From Eledone cirrhosa (taxonomy: Eukaryota), in contig OZ024742.1 of NCBI GenBank assembly GCA_964016885.1, forward strand, positions 243,908,001 through 243,972,000: DNA of 64,000 nucleotides, in the 5' to 3' direction. A program made the translations under genes and the position numbers. The notes beneath the pieces were generated by a model. It saw only the letters and a list, made by a program, of their open reading frames with translations, searched no databases and was not told where the DNA came from. Position 1 is the first letter of the stretch, and every line of letters begins with the position of its first letter. Of this stretch, positions 40,300-53,329 are shown in pieces.

Positions 40300-42689
40300 G
40301 ATCTAAAGCAGTCTTGCTGGTATTTCACAATATACACTGCCACCCCATAAAGGTAATGCAGCTCGACCACAACTACAATCACAACAGATAAGACCACCCC
40401 AACCATAACACTACACCTACAACCACAGCAACTATGACGTTATAAAATCATCATTATGTCACCACACCTATAATGACAGCCGTGACATTACAAGACCATC
40501 ACAACTATGCCACCACACCTACATCACCACAACCATAGCAAGCTAGACACATGACCTCCACACTATGTTAGTGCTAGATACCCCATCCACAGTGCAACAA
40601 GACCCAAAGAGGCCATCCTTATACTTACATTTTATATAATATATGTGTGTGTGTATCAGGTTCCTATTTAGACCATTGCATTGGGTTAGGTATTTTATTA
40701 TTCATGATAGTTGCTATGTTAGTTGTTATTGAATAGCCTTAGTTAGTTCTGGTTGAATAGACAAAGTGGGACATTAGTAGGTGACCTCAACTGGAATGTG
40801 ATCAACAGACTCATCTCTGTAGTTGTTTTATATATATATATATATAATTATTACTTGTACTTTTGTTACTGCAAGAGGAATAAGTTGCCAAAGTCACCTT
40901 TAGCAAGAGGATATGAATATTATCACCCACCCTTATTTTTGTTGTTGACATTTCTTAGTTTTTCAACTAATCAAATATGTAATTTGGGAGGATCTCTGTA
41001 AGCAGTGGTTTATTAGTTGAAATTTTTAGAATTTACTCTATTGTAAACATTAGTCTCTTAATTGTATTGGTAATCTTACTTCAATAGACACATATTTGTT
41101 GGTATGCACTTATAATATAACTGTTAACTTTATACTATCATTTTAACTTTTCACAAACAAAAAGTGCTTTTGTTTAAGAAAGGATTTTAGTTATTTTTAG
41201 CTGATGAGAAAAATGGGTCTAACAGTTAATGTTTGTCACTAGGGCTGTCGTTTTCTACTGATTACTTCTGTATAAACCTTGTCAGAATTTTCTACTACTA
41301 ACTTGTTGCTAAATTATCATTTGTCCTTTTTGGCTTTCAGCCAAAATCTATACTCCATTTTCTGTTCTTATTGTTTTTTATTGTGCTATATTCTACTATT
41401 CTGTATATGTTACTATTTGGATTGGGGAGGCATCTAAGCAAAGTTGAATTCATGTTATTTAATTCTATTTTCTGTAAATCATGTGAGGAAAGAAAGATAA
41501 TTGAAAGAAGCCAGAGCAAAACACTAGAGACATCAGGTTGGGATTTGGGAGAATATGGGGGTATGGCCTTTCTCTTTTGACTATCTATATAGTTAAAAGT
41601 GGTTATACGGTTAGAGAAGCATTATGTGAGAGACATTGTTGATTAGAATAATGTACTAGGAAAGTTTCCTGTAAATGGCTACCATGATAGTAGTTATAAA
41701 ATAAGCATAGAATAAATACAGTTTAAACATAGTATAAATGGTTGTTATACATGCTGGTTGTAATGAACAAGGTCTTCTTTTGTTTTTACATTCTCAATTT
41801 GTTTTGTAAAACAAGATGTGTGACTAATTTTGATACAGATAATATTAGATGTATGTGTTTTATTGTTGTTGTTATAATATCTTAAACCATTTCTGTAAGA
41901 GAAAGTGAACTAACACAGAGAACATAATGCTAATTTATCAAAGGTTCAGATTTTTGTGTTGTTGCAACTCACACCTTTTTAAGTGTAGTTGGCCTCCTTT
42001 GAAGTTACATTTCATAGGAATTTTCTCAGTATTTTAATAATAGGAACCTCAGTTCTACCATGAAAAGGCTTACCACTTGGACCAGATGTCAGCCCACTGC
42101 ATGAGTTACTGAGTTGCTGCTGTTGGTATTATTTTTTTCCAGTTGAAATGGAAAGCCCTGCTCAATGACACAATATACCACCCAGTCCAAGAATTGATTC
42201 CAATGCTATGCCACTCACATTAACTAAATAAAGGTTGAATTTATTGTCTCAGAACTCTGAACAGGTGTCGTGCTGGTGACAATGAAAATGCAGCCAGCAC
42301 GCCTTGCTAGATGATCGTTTTCGTGCCACAATAAAAAGCAACCAGTATTCCACACTGTAAATGTGGTCGGTTTTAAGGGCATGCAGCCATATAGAAACCA
42401 ACCCACAAACAGTTCTGTATGAGCAAGAGATGGTCACCTGATCTAAGTTGTCTCACAATAGGACAATTCATCTAATCCATGCTAGCGTGGAAAATGGATG
42501 TTAAATAATGATGATGAACCCAAACACAGTTTAGGAATTACAGAAAAGATACATATACGTTATGAATTATATTCTTCTAATGCTTATAGTTAAATGAAGT
42601 GTCTAGTTGCAGAATATGCACAAATGGTAAATTTCCTAGGAAGCCTTTTCACCTGTAATATATTTATTAAATTTATTCCTCAGCATATG

Positions 42690-42750
42690 AGGCCGTTAGT
42701 ATTTTACTCTTTTACCTGGAACAGGTAAAAGAGTAAAATACTAACGGCCT
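42690..42750. repeat. Perfect 29-bp inverted repeat with a 3-nt loop
   Basis: aggccgttagtattttactcttttacctg GAA caggtaaaagagtaaaatactaacggcct. Confidence 0.95.
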
Positions 42751-42989
42751 TCATCTCAGTCAGTCTGTACTGTACTCAAATCTATTTATATGGCACCTAT
42801 TGGTATATATCGTTATGCCCATTATCCTTGAAATAAAAGTTGTTAAAAGGTATCTAAATATTGCATAATATAATTTTTAACATTTATTTAGAATATCTAA
42901 ATACAGAAAGTAATAAAGAAAATAATAGAATTATGTATTCTATGAAAACACATGAAAAAACCTGGATGCTTTTCTTTAAATCTAAACAG

Positions 42990-43065
42990 CTGAGGTGTGC
43001 TTATCTGTAACTCCAAGGATACGCCATCCTCGCCTCCGTTTTACGGAAAAAGGAGTCATTGGCAA
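42990..43065 (+). other. Candidate 76-nt 5' leader exon
   Basis: Acceptor ttttctttaaatctaaacag|, donor CAA|GTGAGT; GC-richer with retained CpGs; 2.9 kb upstream of the start-codon exon. Confidence 0.5.
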
Positions 43066-44198
43066 GTGAGTCAGATGCCAGATCGGTTGACAACAAATGA
43101 AAACACCTAGAAAAGATTTAGTTATTTAGAGAGAGAGTGGGGAGATGGATTGAGTGAGAGGTGGAATAGTATTTCCCTCATGACAGATGAACAGACAGTA
43201 TCTGTGCTAGAAAGACCAGTACCCCCCCCCCCACACACACACACACACACGTGTGTGTGTGTGTGTGTGCGTGTGTGTGATTCTGTAATTCTGTTTTGGG
43301 GAAATAAATCAACAGCAAGCATATCAGAGGTCAGATTAATTGAAAATACACAAATATCCTTATTTATTATCAATTTTATTTAGTGTTATTAGCAATCAAC
43401 ATACAAACAAACTAGGGCTTAAGAATGGAATCATTTAATCTATGGTATGTTTTCATGTGGCTGGATCAATTGTTTCTAAATAAATAGCTAGGAAAATTAT
43501 ATCTTTCTAGCAAATCAGAAATAAATTACTGATGTTCGATATATTGTACACAAAGTGTCTTTCTGGACATTGCTAACATTACATCAATGAAACAATCAAT
43601 TCTGAGTAGACAGATTAATTCTTAATATCCTGTAATAATTTAGCCGAAAACTGTAGCAGAAAAACATGTTTGTTAATTGAAATATTTATAATATCTTTAC
43701 TAGTGGACAGATCACGGTGAAATTTGCAATGTTAGACTAAAACTGCTACTCTTTACCGTAATGCTGTCAGAGTGCTGTTTCATTTGTCTAGCTGAAGTGA
43801 TTTCATTCAGTACAGGATATTAAGAGTTAAGATGAGCTGGCAAATTTGGACATTGGCTTGTATTTATAGGACATGTGCTAGTATACTTCCTAAATAGTGA
43901 TGAAATGGTTAAATGGATAAAGTTATTGAATTAGTTATTCATGGTTTTATGAATTCAAATTCAGTGAAGGTATTTATAAGTATTTGTTTATTTAGTTGTC
44001 AAATAGAAATGTATTCAAGAACTGGAGAAATTAAATGTTGTATACTAAAGTTCTAGTCTGGGAAGATTTATCTCTCTGCCACTAAAATTAATAAAAATAA
44101 ATTGTTTCCCTCCCTTTCTTAGCTTCATGAGAATATCAACAAACTATTCTTCTGTATTTCATAATAGACTGATGAGTGAACTATAAACTACAAGCATC

Positions 44199-44416
44199 TT
44201 AACCCTTTAACATTTACATTACTCTATATATACTATTGTATTTTCATGGTAAAGGCTTTTTCTCACATATTACCTCACATAATATTGAATCTATGAAATT
44301 TTGATATTATTTATATTGAGAACAATACCTTAATATTAGTATGAATGGCCGGTTTGAACAGAAAGAGGTGAGAGAATTCTGGTTGGATACGGCCGGTTTA
44401 AATGCTAAAGGGTTAA
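44199..44416. mobile_element. piggyBac-like MITE family 1
   Basis: TTAA CCCTTTAACATTTA ... TAAATGCTAAAGGG TTAA; internal similarity to 53021-53249. Confidence 0.85.
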
Positions 44417-45273
44417 ATTGAACAATTTTCTTATTTAATAACTTATATATCAATTCAGTTGAATATTTTTATTTTATTGTCCTATTCATCACATTAGTTC
44501 TTTTCCAAACTGTTGAGTAATGATATAAGGTAGTTGGTTTGGCTGAGTCATTAGAGTGTTGGATGTTGTTCTGTGCCTGCATTCTGAGTTCAAATCCTGT
44601 TATGGTCCACTTTGCTTCTCATCCTTTTGGGGTTGATACAGACAGTACCAGCTCTCTTTCCTCCAGCTGCTGCACCTTGGATGTTCTGGTGGATCAAAGG
44701 AGGTAGGTTTGAGAGGGTGTTTATGTCTGCTCACAACTGCATGGGCATCAAAAACTCTTAGCAAAAGTATGGTACATACTATCAAGTCTACTCGATTGCA
44801 AACGATGGCTGTGGTAGTAGATTAATGATATTTGAATGTAAACGGATCTTCATTGGTTTCGATAATAAATGTTTTAATTGTTTAATCAAGGTAATAACCT
44901 ACTAATTGAATTAGCATATAAGCCATATATACTCATTTTAATGAAAAAAAAAAAAGAGGCTATATGTGACTTATCTAACAAATTTTGCTCTGTTTAAAAC
45001 TCTACATATGATTTTCAAATTCAAAATTTTGAAAATAATCTAGAATTTGTAGGCGTATATTACTATAACTAATTTTCTCATCATTTATCTGGTGTTTTGA
45101 ACATAACTTGAGTAAGATTCTTATATAAAATTATGATGGAAGGGTATCTGGTTTAGAACATCCCTGTGTGTGTGGTAAGAAGTGACTAAAATGGTTACTC
45201 TTAAGTAGGATATCAAGCTGGAAAAACACTGTCTCAAAACAGCCCATGCCAGCATGGAAAAATCAATGCAAAA

Positions 45274-45320
<47 letters not shown>

Positions 45321-45923
45321 ACCTTTGAAATAAACAACTATGTATCATAGAACTAGGCAGTTTCAGAGTGTTTGGTATCAAAAGGATTAAAGTAGTGAAG
45401 CCAAAATATAAACACAAAGGGGGTGCAACTTATAAATATGTGAGATAGTGTGTGTGCATGCTTACATACATTTTCTTTTAGCACATATAGACACAGGCGA
45501 CACTAGGTTTGATTCCACCACCTAGGACTTTGGGCATGCCCAGAAACTTGTGTGTGTGTGTTTCGGTATACTGGTGCAAATCGATGTAAATAGCTTATGG
45601 TATTAAAGTCGGTAAAGGGAAGTTAGATTCTAAAAGGATATAATTCAGGTGAACTTAATTAGCCACTTGATAAATAAATATTGATAATATAAGTTTAAGA
45701 CTAATTAGTAGGGTTGATATGGAAAACTAAGTCTACCACCCAAGTAAGATTTGAAATCATAATTCAAAGAACCGAACATATACTGCAAGTTGTTTGGTCT
45801 CCAATTTATCACCCGAAACCAGTAAAAGAACGAAAGGATATGAAAATTATGATGAATTTATAAGATTTATATATTTGTTTTTGTATGATATTTACTTAAT
45901 TTTATCTTTTATTTCTCTTTCAG

Positions 45924-46032
45924 TTACCCTTGTAGAGTGGCTAACATCCTCTCTAGTAAAAATTGGATTGAATGCCAATGTATAACCCAGGTTTTTCATG
46001 ACTGATAACTAAGCTATACTCCGAGACCAGCC
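45924..46032 (+). other. ZMIZ1: 5' UTR part of the ZMIZ1 start-codon exon (exon 45924-46095)
   Basis: Strong acceptor tttatcttttatttctctttcag| ending at 45923; contiguous with the CDS; contains two short uORFs. Confidence 0.75.
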
Positions 46033-46095
46033 ATGATGAATGAGATGGAAAGGCACATTGCTCAGAACAATGACAGACTGCAATGTATCAAGCAG
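46033..46095 (+). CDS. ZMIZ1: First coding exon of a zinc finger MIZ domain-containing protein 1 (ZMIZ1/Zimp10) orthologue; partial gene, remaining exons not seen in the window
   Basis: Translates [21 protein letters not shown] versus recalled vertebrate ZMIZ1 [26 protein letters not shown] start context, in-frame TGA TAA upstream (46003-46008), and a phase-0 CAG|GTAAGT donor at 46096. Confidence 0.9.
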
Positions 46096-47844
46096 GTAAG
46101 TAACTTTATTTCATTATCATAGACAGATCTGAACAATGGTGATGAAGCAATGTTGTATATATGGGCAGGGCTTGAATTGTGCATTTTAGAAGTTCTGGAA
46201 GAATCTGTTGGAAAGAGAACCAAGAAAAGATGTTAAAAAGTGAGGTTTTTGAAGAGTATTTCAGTGCATATAAATTATAACAGTAAAACACTTGAGAAAT
46301 AAACCTGTGTGACAAGGTCAAGGTAAATTTTCTTGGTGAATTCTTAGTTGATTGACTAAGATATCTTATCCTTTATCAAAAACCTAACCAGTATTGAGTG
46401 AACAATGCTGTTATTTTTTTTTTTCATGTTAAAATGAAAGCCTTAAAGATCAAGCTCAGTAAAATATTTCCAAATATTTAGAACAGAAATATTTGTTATG
46501 CATTAGATCTAGATGTTGTATATCTTTTTTAGTGTCTTTCCTTTTTTTCTTCTTCCTTAATCCAACATATTTATCTTCTACAGAAGATTATATTCTTTAT
46601 TGATTTGATTTTCACAGATACATTTCATACCTCTAAAAATAGCAATGATTTAGCTGTTAAGAAAAATATTGATTTTCCTTTGTTCCTGGTTTAAAACAAA
46701 ACAAAAAAAAAAATCTAAATCTTGAAATGCTTTGTAAAAATACCATACAGATAGTATGTGGCTAAATTCTTTGTTATAAATTTGAACTATTCACAGACTA
46801 ATGGTATAGATTTTTGAATGGTGGTACTATGAATAAAAGATTTACTAAAGACATGGTTGATAGACAGTTAGTTATTCCTTTAATCAAGAAGATAAGAAAA
46901 TAGGAAGATTTGTAACCAATTTGGTTAAGAAATGCCATCAAAATAGAATGTGGTGGTATAACTGATCCTTAAAAGATACATTTAAAAATTCCTTTTATGA
47001 AGCTCCAATGATAAGCAAATAAGTTTTGATATTTCACTACCATTGCATTGATGGCCAATATAAATGTCATATTTACTGTCTATCTTAGCACAGAACTAAA
47101 ATAGTCTATGTTTGTTTATTTCTTAATTTTCTTTCCAACTATACAACCTGGTAAATCCTCTACCGATGCTGTTAGACTTTACCATCACTAAGAAAACTCT
47201 AGTAAATCAATCAGAGGAAAAAAAATGTTTTTTGTTTTTTTTCCTTCTTTTTTTTCTGAAATAGTATTTAAGCCATCTTCTTTTATTCAGTTTCTGAAGT
47301 CTTCAGGAATGGGGGTAGGGATGATGACAATTGAATGGATATTTATGAATGATAATAGTATCTCCAATACTGAAACAGATCCATAGTCAGGCTTTATATA
47401 GCATAGAAAAATTTAAGAAAATCTTATCTTGACTACTAGCCAAAAGTAAGTTATACTTTAGTAAAAAATGGTTTTATCATTGTAAATGGTTAATTTATTT
47501 GTTTTCCAGTAAGTATGAAATAAAGGGCAGAGCTCTTGCATCAGTTTAATCTTGCTAAAACAAAAGATTTCCAGACATGTCTGTTGTAGCCTATTTTTTT
47601 CTTTTGCTGTTCTATTATATCTCTTTCTGTAATAGACTACGCTTCACATTTTTATTCTAGTCTTGTTTCTTGATATATCACATAGAATGTCATAGTTATT
47701 TCGTTAATTATTGTTTCACCCTACTTCACAAACATTATTGGTTCATGTATTAATGCAAAGGGTTCTCCCTCTCACATACAGGCAATCCTTTTTATTATAA
47801 GCTGCTTTCATTTTAAATAACATTTTTTATTATTGTGCAATATC

Positions 47845-48210
47845 CAGGCATGGTAGTGAAGTTAAGAAAGTCACTTTGTAACCATATGGTTTGGGATTTG
47901 ACCTCACTGTGTGAAACCAAGCATAAATGCCTTCCCCTATGACCTCAGGCCGACCAATGCCTTGTGAGTGAAATTTAATTGATGAAAACTGTATAGAAGC
48001 CCATTGCGTGTGTGCCTTCACGTGTCTTTCAATTGACACTGTTTGGGCAGTGTTTGTTTTTGTCTGCAACTCAGCAGTCCAATGTGTGAAATTTAGTGGG
48101 AACAAGCACTGAAAACAAAAGTAAGAATTGGCACCTGGAATCCTGTTTCATCCAGTTGATGTCAGCATGGAAAAGCAAATGTAAAAACGATGATGATGAT
48201 GATGATGATG
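47845..48210 (+). mobile_element. Old tRNA-derived SINE (third family) with a (GAT)n tail
   Basis: Decayed tRNA-like head, ggccgaccaatgccttgtgagtg..gaaaactg..gaagccc core, tail agcatggaaaag..aaacgatgatg. Confidence 0.6.
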
Positions 48211-48315
48211 ACACAATACTATTACTACCCTAACCTGACACAAATGATGATGATGATATAACATTATTACTTCTCTAACCTGGTATAAATGATGGTGATG
48301 ATGATACAACATTAT

Positions 48316-48685
48316 GTGAATTGGCAGTATCGGTAGAGGGTTGGACGCCATGCTTTCTAGCATAGTTACGTCCCTTTACAGTCTGAGTTCAAATCCCGCC
48401 GAGGTTAACTTTGCCTTTCATCCTTATGGGGTCGATAAAATAAAGTACCAGTAATGTACTGGGTAATTGCTGGCCTTGTGCCTAAAGTAGAAACAATTAT
48501 TACTACAGTATCGGTAGAGGGCCAGACACCATGCTTTGCAGCAAAGAGTTATGGCCCTTTATGGTATGAGTACAAATCCCGCCGAAGTTAACTTTGCCTT
48601 TCATCCTTACGAGGTTGATAAAATAAAGTACCAGTAATGTACCGGGTAATTGCTGGCCTTGTACCAAAAGTAGAAACAATTATTA
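48316..48685 (+). mobile_element. Tandem pair of SINE family B inside a minisatellite
   Basis: Copies at 48316-48503 and 48506-48685. Confidence 0.9.
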
Positions 48686-48902
48686 CTACTCTAACCTGAC
48701 ACAAGTGATGATGGTGATGTTGATGATACAACATTATTACTACTCTAACCTGATATAAATGATGTTGGTGGTATGATGATGTCACAATACTATTACTACT
48801 CTAACTTGATACAAGTGATGATGATGATGATGATGATGATAATGATGATGATATAAATGATGATGATGATGATGTCACAACATTATTACTACCCTAACTT
48901 TA

Positions 48903-49095
48903 GGGCGGTGGATTGGCAGTATCGGTAGAGGGTCGGACGCCATGCTTTCCAGCATAGTTACGTCCCTTTGCGATCTGAGTTCAAATCCCGCCAAGGTTGA
49001 CTTTGCCTTTCATCCTTACGGGGTCGATAAAATGAAATACCAGTAATGCACTGGGTAATTTGCTGGCCTTGTGCCTAAAGTAGAAACAATTATTA
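48903..49095 (+). mobile_element. SINE family B, full length, 19-bp TSD
   Basis: TSD attattactaccctaactt at 48882-48900 and 49089-49107. Confidence 0.9.
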
Positions 49096-49627
49096 CTACC
49101 CTAACTTGTTATAAATGAACATTGGTTTTTAACCCAGCTGACAACTTGACACTTAAATGAATTTTTCAAACTATTCCATGCTGCTTAGTTTTAGTAGTCT
49201 AACTAATCAATGTTTGCAGTGTCAGTTGTTAATAGCCCCCCCCCCCCCCCCCCTCCCAGTCATTTTTTTCTTCCACAAAACTAAAGCTATTATGGATGTT
49301 TACAATAATCAATTAACTTGTATCATCACTACATCTGAACAAAACCTGTTATCTACAATTAAATCTAGTAACAACTACTCTAATAAAGTCTAGCTTCAGT
49401 TATATAGTAGCATAAAGAATGTTAACTTAAAAAATAAACGTAATGAATTTAATTACATTAATAACATTAATAGGTAAATGATGATTGGGAAAAGATAAGG
49501 TAATAAGATAATTATCCATTTATGTTCATTCCCTTTGTGAAATGATGTGATATTTTCTTAGAAACCTTGATAAAGTTACAAGTTTTTCACTTGAAACAAG
49601 ATATGCATGATTGATGCAGTAGATCTC

Positions 49628-50436
49628 ATCATCATTGTTTAACGTCCATTTTCCACGCTAGCATGGGTCTGGACAGGAATTGTCCCACTTGAGGCAAGAT
49701 TGGTTGTCTTGCTCAGGACTGTCTGGCGGGTTTTCTACAGCTGGATGCCCTTCCTAACACCAATCACGTTTACAGTGTGGACTGGGAGGTTTTTACCGTG
49801 TTACCTACACGGCCACATTACAGCGTGGACTTTGTGTTTTATTGTCGTGACACCTACACGTCTGGCGGGTTTTCTACGGCTGGGTGCCCTTCCCAACACC
49901 AACCACGTTTACAGTGTGTACTGGGAGGTTTTTACCATGTTACCTACACGGCCACATTACAGCGTGGACTGTGTGTTTTTTTGTTGTGACACCTACACGA
50001 CCTCATTTGTTTCGGACTGGATGTTGTGGTACCAACATAACTTCACATTTAAGGGGGTGTTGTGGATGAGGTGGGGGTAGTGGGACGGGGGTGTATTTTG
50101 TTAGAGGTGCCTACTGACTGTAGGTTTCGCTTTGTACTTAGGCAAGGCGGGTCTTCTGTATAACTGTGTAGCGCCAAAGATTTCGGTCCAGTGACATTGT
50201 CTTGGAGAGGTGTAAGTGTGTGAGGTCGGAATTTATCAAGTCGTCCCATGTTTTTCTGGGTCTACCTACTCCATAACTTCCATCAATTTTGATCGCCCTG
50301 CACTTTTTTATACAGCTGTCGTCTTTCATGCGCATCACGTGACCGTACCAACGTAGTCTTCTCTCGAGTAAACAACATCTGATCCCTCTTATTCTTAATT
50401 TCTCCCTTAGTTTGTTTATGCTTTGCCGTTCACGTG
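49628..50436 (-). mobile_element. 3' fragment of a related RTE LINE (end of ORF, 3' UTR, (GAT)n tail)
   Basis: Minus ORF MRMKDDSCIKKCRAIKIDG..GRPRKTWDD is homologous to the C-terminus of the 54599 element; 3' UTR units are duplicated. Confidence 0.9.
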
Positions 50437-50595
50437 TTTTTTTAATTCCACTAATGTTCTAAAATTTAACATCATTGTCAAATCATTATAGTTTATGATT
50501 TTTTTTTTTTGTTTTGTTTAGGACTGCATTACAGTTTCCGTTATATAACTATGTGTACATCTAAGCCATATACTGATATAATGCAATGTGCAATT

Positions 50596-50850
50596 TACAG
50601 TGTGACCACAAAAACACCCCTTTATTTCAAATACTTATAATATGAAAACTTAAAATGAATATTCTTACAATATTGGTGGCTACAGTTGCATAAACTAACA
50701 AAGTTTCATGTGGTATTGGTTGATATCATAGACATTTAATGTGTGCCCCATTTGTTGCTCGGCAAACATCAAATGCAATAATCAAGCTCAGTCCAGATGA
50801 GTGTTTTTGTAGTTCTTGATCAGACTGAAGCAGATTGTTAAGAGCATGTA
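50596..50850 (-). mobile_element. Tc1/mariner transposon end remnant
   Basis: TA-CAGTGTGACCACAAAAA terminal-like sequence; minus strand DVCRATNGAHI resembles a mariner transposase C-terminus. Confidence 0.5.
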
Positions 50851-53020
50851 TGTCCTTTCTTGGCTTAGTAAATGGTGATATAACTTAATTCTAATAAGAA
50901 CACCAGAAAGTTTTAGAATATTAAAAACAGTAAGGAAAATATAAAATAAGGAAGTTTAGACGAGTCAGTAACATCATTATCATCATCATTTCACCATCCA
51001 TTTTCTCTGCTAGTAAGGTTTGCTGACAAATATTTTTGGTTCATATGTAAAGTGGTCATTTCAGTGTAGTGATCAAAAGCACCCAGTTCACACTGTAAAT
51101 GTGGTTGGTGTTAGGAAGGCATCCAGGCCTAGAAACCTGGCCAGAAACAGTTCTATATGACCAAAGCACAGTCACCTGACATGACTTATTTCAAATGGGA
51201 CAACTCATCTAACCCATGCTCGAGTGGAAAATCAGACGTTAAATAGTGATGATGTTACAAGACTAACAAACATGTGCTTTCTTTCTTAGCTATTTCTGTT
51301 TTGTTCCAATTGACCCTTGTCAGTGAGGACACAAAGGTATACACACCAGTTAAGATATTTACTATTTTATTAACTAATTAATATTTATTTTTAATTCATA
51401 ATTCAAATATTTGCAAAATGTTTAGGCAAGTCATCAACATTGACAAATATTTTTAGTTCATATGTACAAGACCTACAAACCTGTGCTTTCTTTTTCACCA
51501 CCAATTTCCATAAAGTCTATTAAGATAGGCTCCCTTAGCTGGTAAACTACATAGCATCATGAAAACAGTTTCATTCTCAGATAGCCTTATTAAAATCCCC
51601 ACCTGCCTACCTACATAACAGAAACCACTTTTATATCCAGTAGTCATAATTTATCACTTTTAGCCCTTTGGTAACTAAACTCCTCCCTGTATCAAAGATA
51701 CATGGCCATCTAGGTTGGGCACTAAATATGAGCAAGTTCACTGCACCATGAAGTCAAATTCAACTTATCACATCTAGCTCTCTCTTTACATATGCATAGC
51801 TATATTTTGTCCAGCTATTGCTGATGGTATTCAGGTTATCCCTCTCTCATAATTAAACCCTTTGATAGACCAAAGCACCATAGCTCTGACAGCTAGTACA
51901 ACCACGCTATCACCATTAGTCTAGGATGATAAATTATTTTGGTGTCTAATGGTGCTGTTTATCAAAGACAATAAAATGTCCTCTGAATTAACCAGCTCCA
52001 TAATCAACCTACATCATGGAGATATCATTATGCCCAGCTATTACAGGGTACCATGTTAAGATCTCTTCTATCTGCCTAGAAGGGACATTGTTATTCCCTG
52101 CAATTCAGAACTCCTGTACAGACTTAAAGACAGAGAGTGTTGCTTACCTAGGGTGACAGTAAATCCAGATAAGGGCATCCAGATACAAAACTGTGCTAAA
52201 ATTGGGGGAGACATGGAGTCAATATGCTGCAGTGCAGGCAATGTGTCTATGTAGGCAGTAATTCCAAGTAAGAACTAATACAGTGTAGGGGACTCTTTAT
52301 AATCCTGTTGCAGAAAACTTTTCTAGTTTCAGAACATTTGAAGAGCCACCATTGATTTTGATCAGTCAAATCAACACTCTACTCATTAAATTAATGCACA
52401 GGTGACTGAGTATTCCACAAATACCTGTGTCCTTATTCTTATCTCCAGGGAGATTCAGTAGTCCTTTGAATTACAGATACAGTATTCGTCATTGTAAAAG
52501 ATGTAAAATTACAAAATGCTAATGGAAAAATACTGTATAGGAATTTCAACTGAAATATTAATGATAGCAATAATAGAAAGAAAGAAAATAGAGTACTTTT
52601 AAAATGATGTCTAGTGTTTACCTTATTAGGGTAAAGGAAAAACGGAATGATGAGGTAATGTATCTCTATTAATTAGGAAAAGTGTTTTCAGCCTTGTAAT
52701 ATGGTTGCTGGATGAATAAATAGATTTGCAGAGTAGCATTGTATCTAAAAGGCAGTATTTGATTATGTTATAGTGTTAGCATTTATTTGCTAATGCAACA
52801 CTAAGAATTTGTTTTCTTCAAATTCACTAATCATGAAATTACTTGAGATAAACAGTGATGTACTAAATGATGTACTCCCAAAGCATCTTTATAAATTGAG
52901 ATTTGACCCTTAGATGGAGGAAGAAAACCAAAACCGTGTGACAATTGTTATTAATAACTTTCAAATAAACGGGTAGCTAATATTAAGCATAAAAAAAAGA
53001 AAAAAATTGTATTTTTATGC

Positions 53021-53249
53021 TTAACCCTTTAGCATTTACATTACTCTATATTTACTATGGTATTTTCATGGTAACCACTTTACCTCACATAATTATTTCA
53101 CATAATATCGAATCTACGAGATTTTGATATTATTTATTTTGAGAACAATACACTAACATAAATATAAGCAGCTGGTTATGGCTGGTTTGAACAAAAAGAG
53201 GTGAGGGAATTCTGACTGGATACAGCCGGTTTGAATGCTAAAGGGTTAA
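53021..53249. mobile_element. piggyBac-like MITE family 1 (TTAA-flanked)
   Basis: TTAA CCCTTTAGCATT ... AATGCTAAAGGG TTAA. Confidence 0.85.
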
Positions 53250-53286
53250 GGGAACAATCTGATCTTTGTTGGCAAGCAAAATGACA

Positions 53287-53329
53287 GCTATGGACATGTT
53301 TCAGTTTCTTTAGATCTCATCAGCATAGC
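53287..53329 (-). ncRNA. Minimal type I hammerhead ribozyme motif
   Basis: Minus strand GCUAUG CUGAUGA gaucuaaagaaacu GAAAC au GUC CAUAGC: perfect 6-bp stem I, palindromic stem III (ACAUGU), eroded stem II. Confidence 0.55.

Larger units (their letters stand above)
48190..49110. repeat. Compound minisatellite: (GAT)n-caacattattactac.ctaacctgata.aaat units interrupted by three SINE B copies
   Basis: About seven recognisable units with variable GAT length. Confidence 0.8.
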
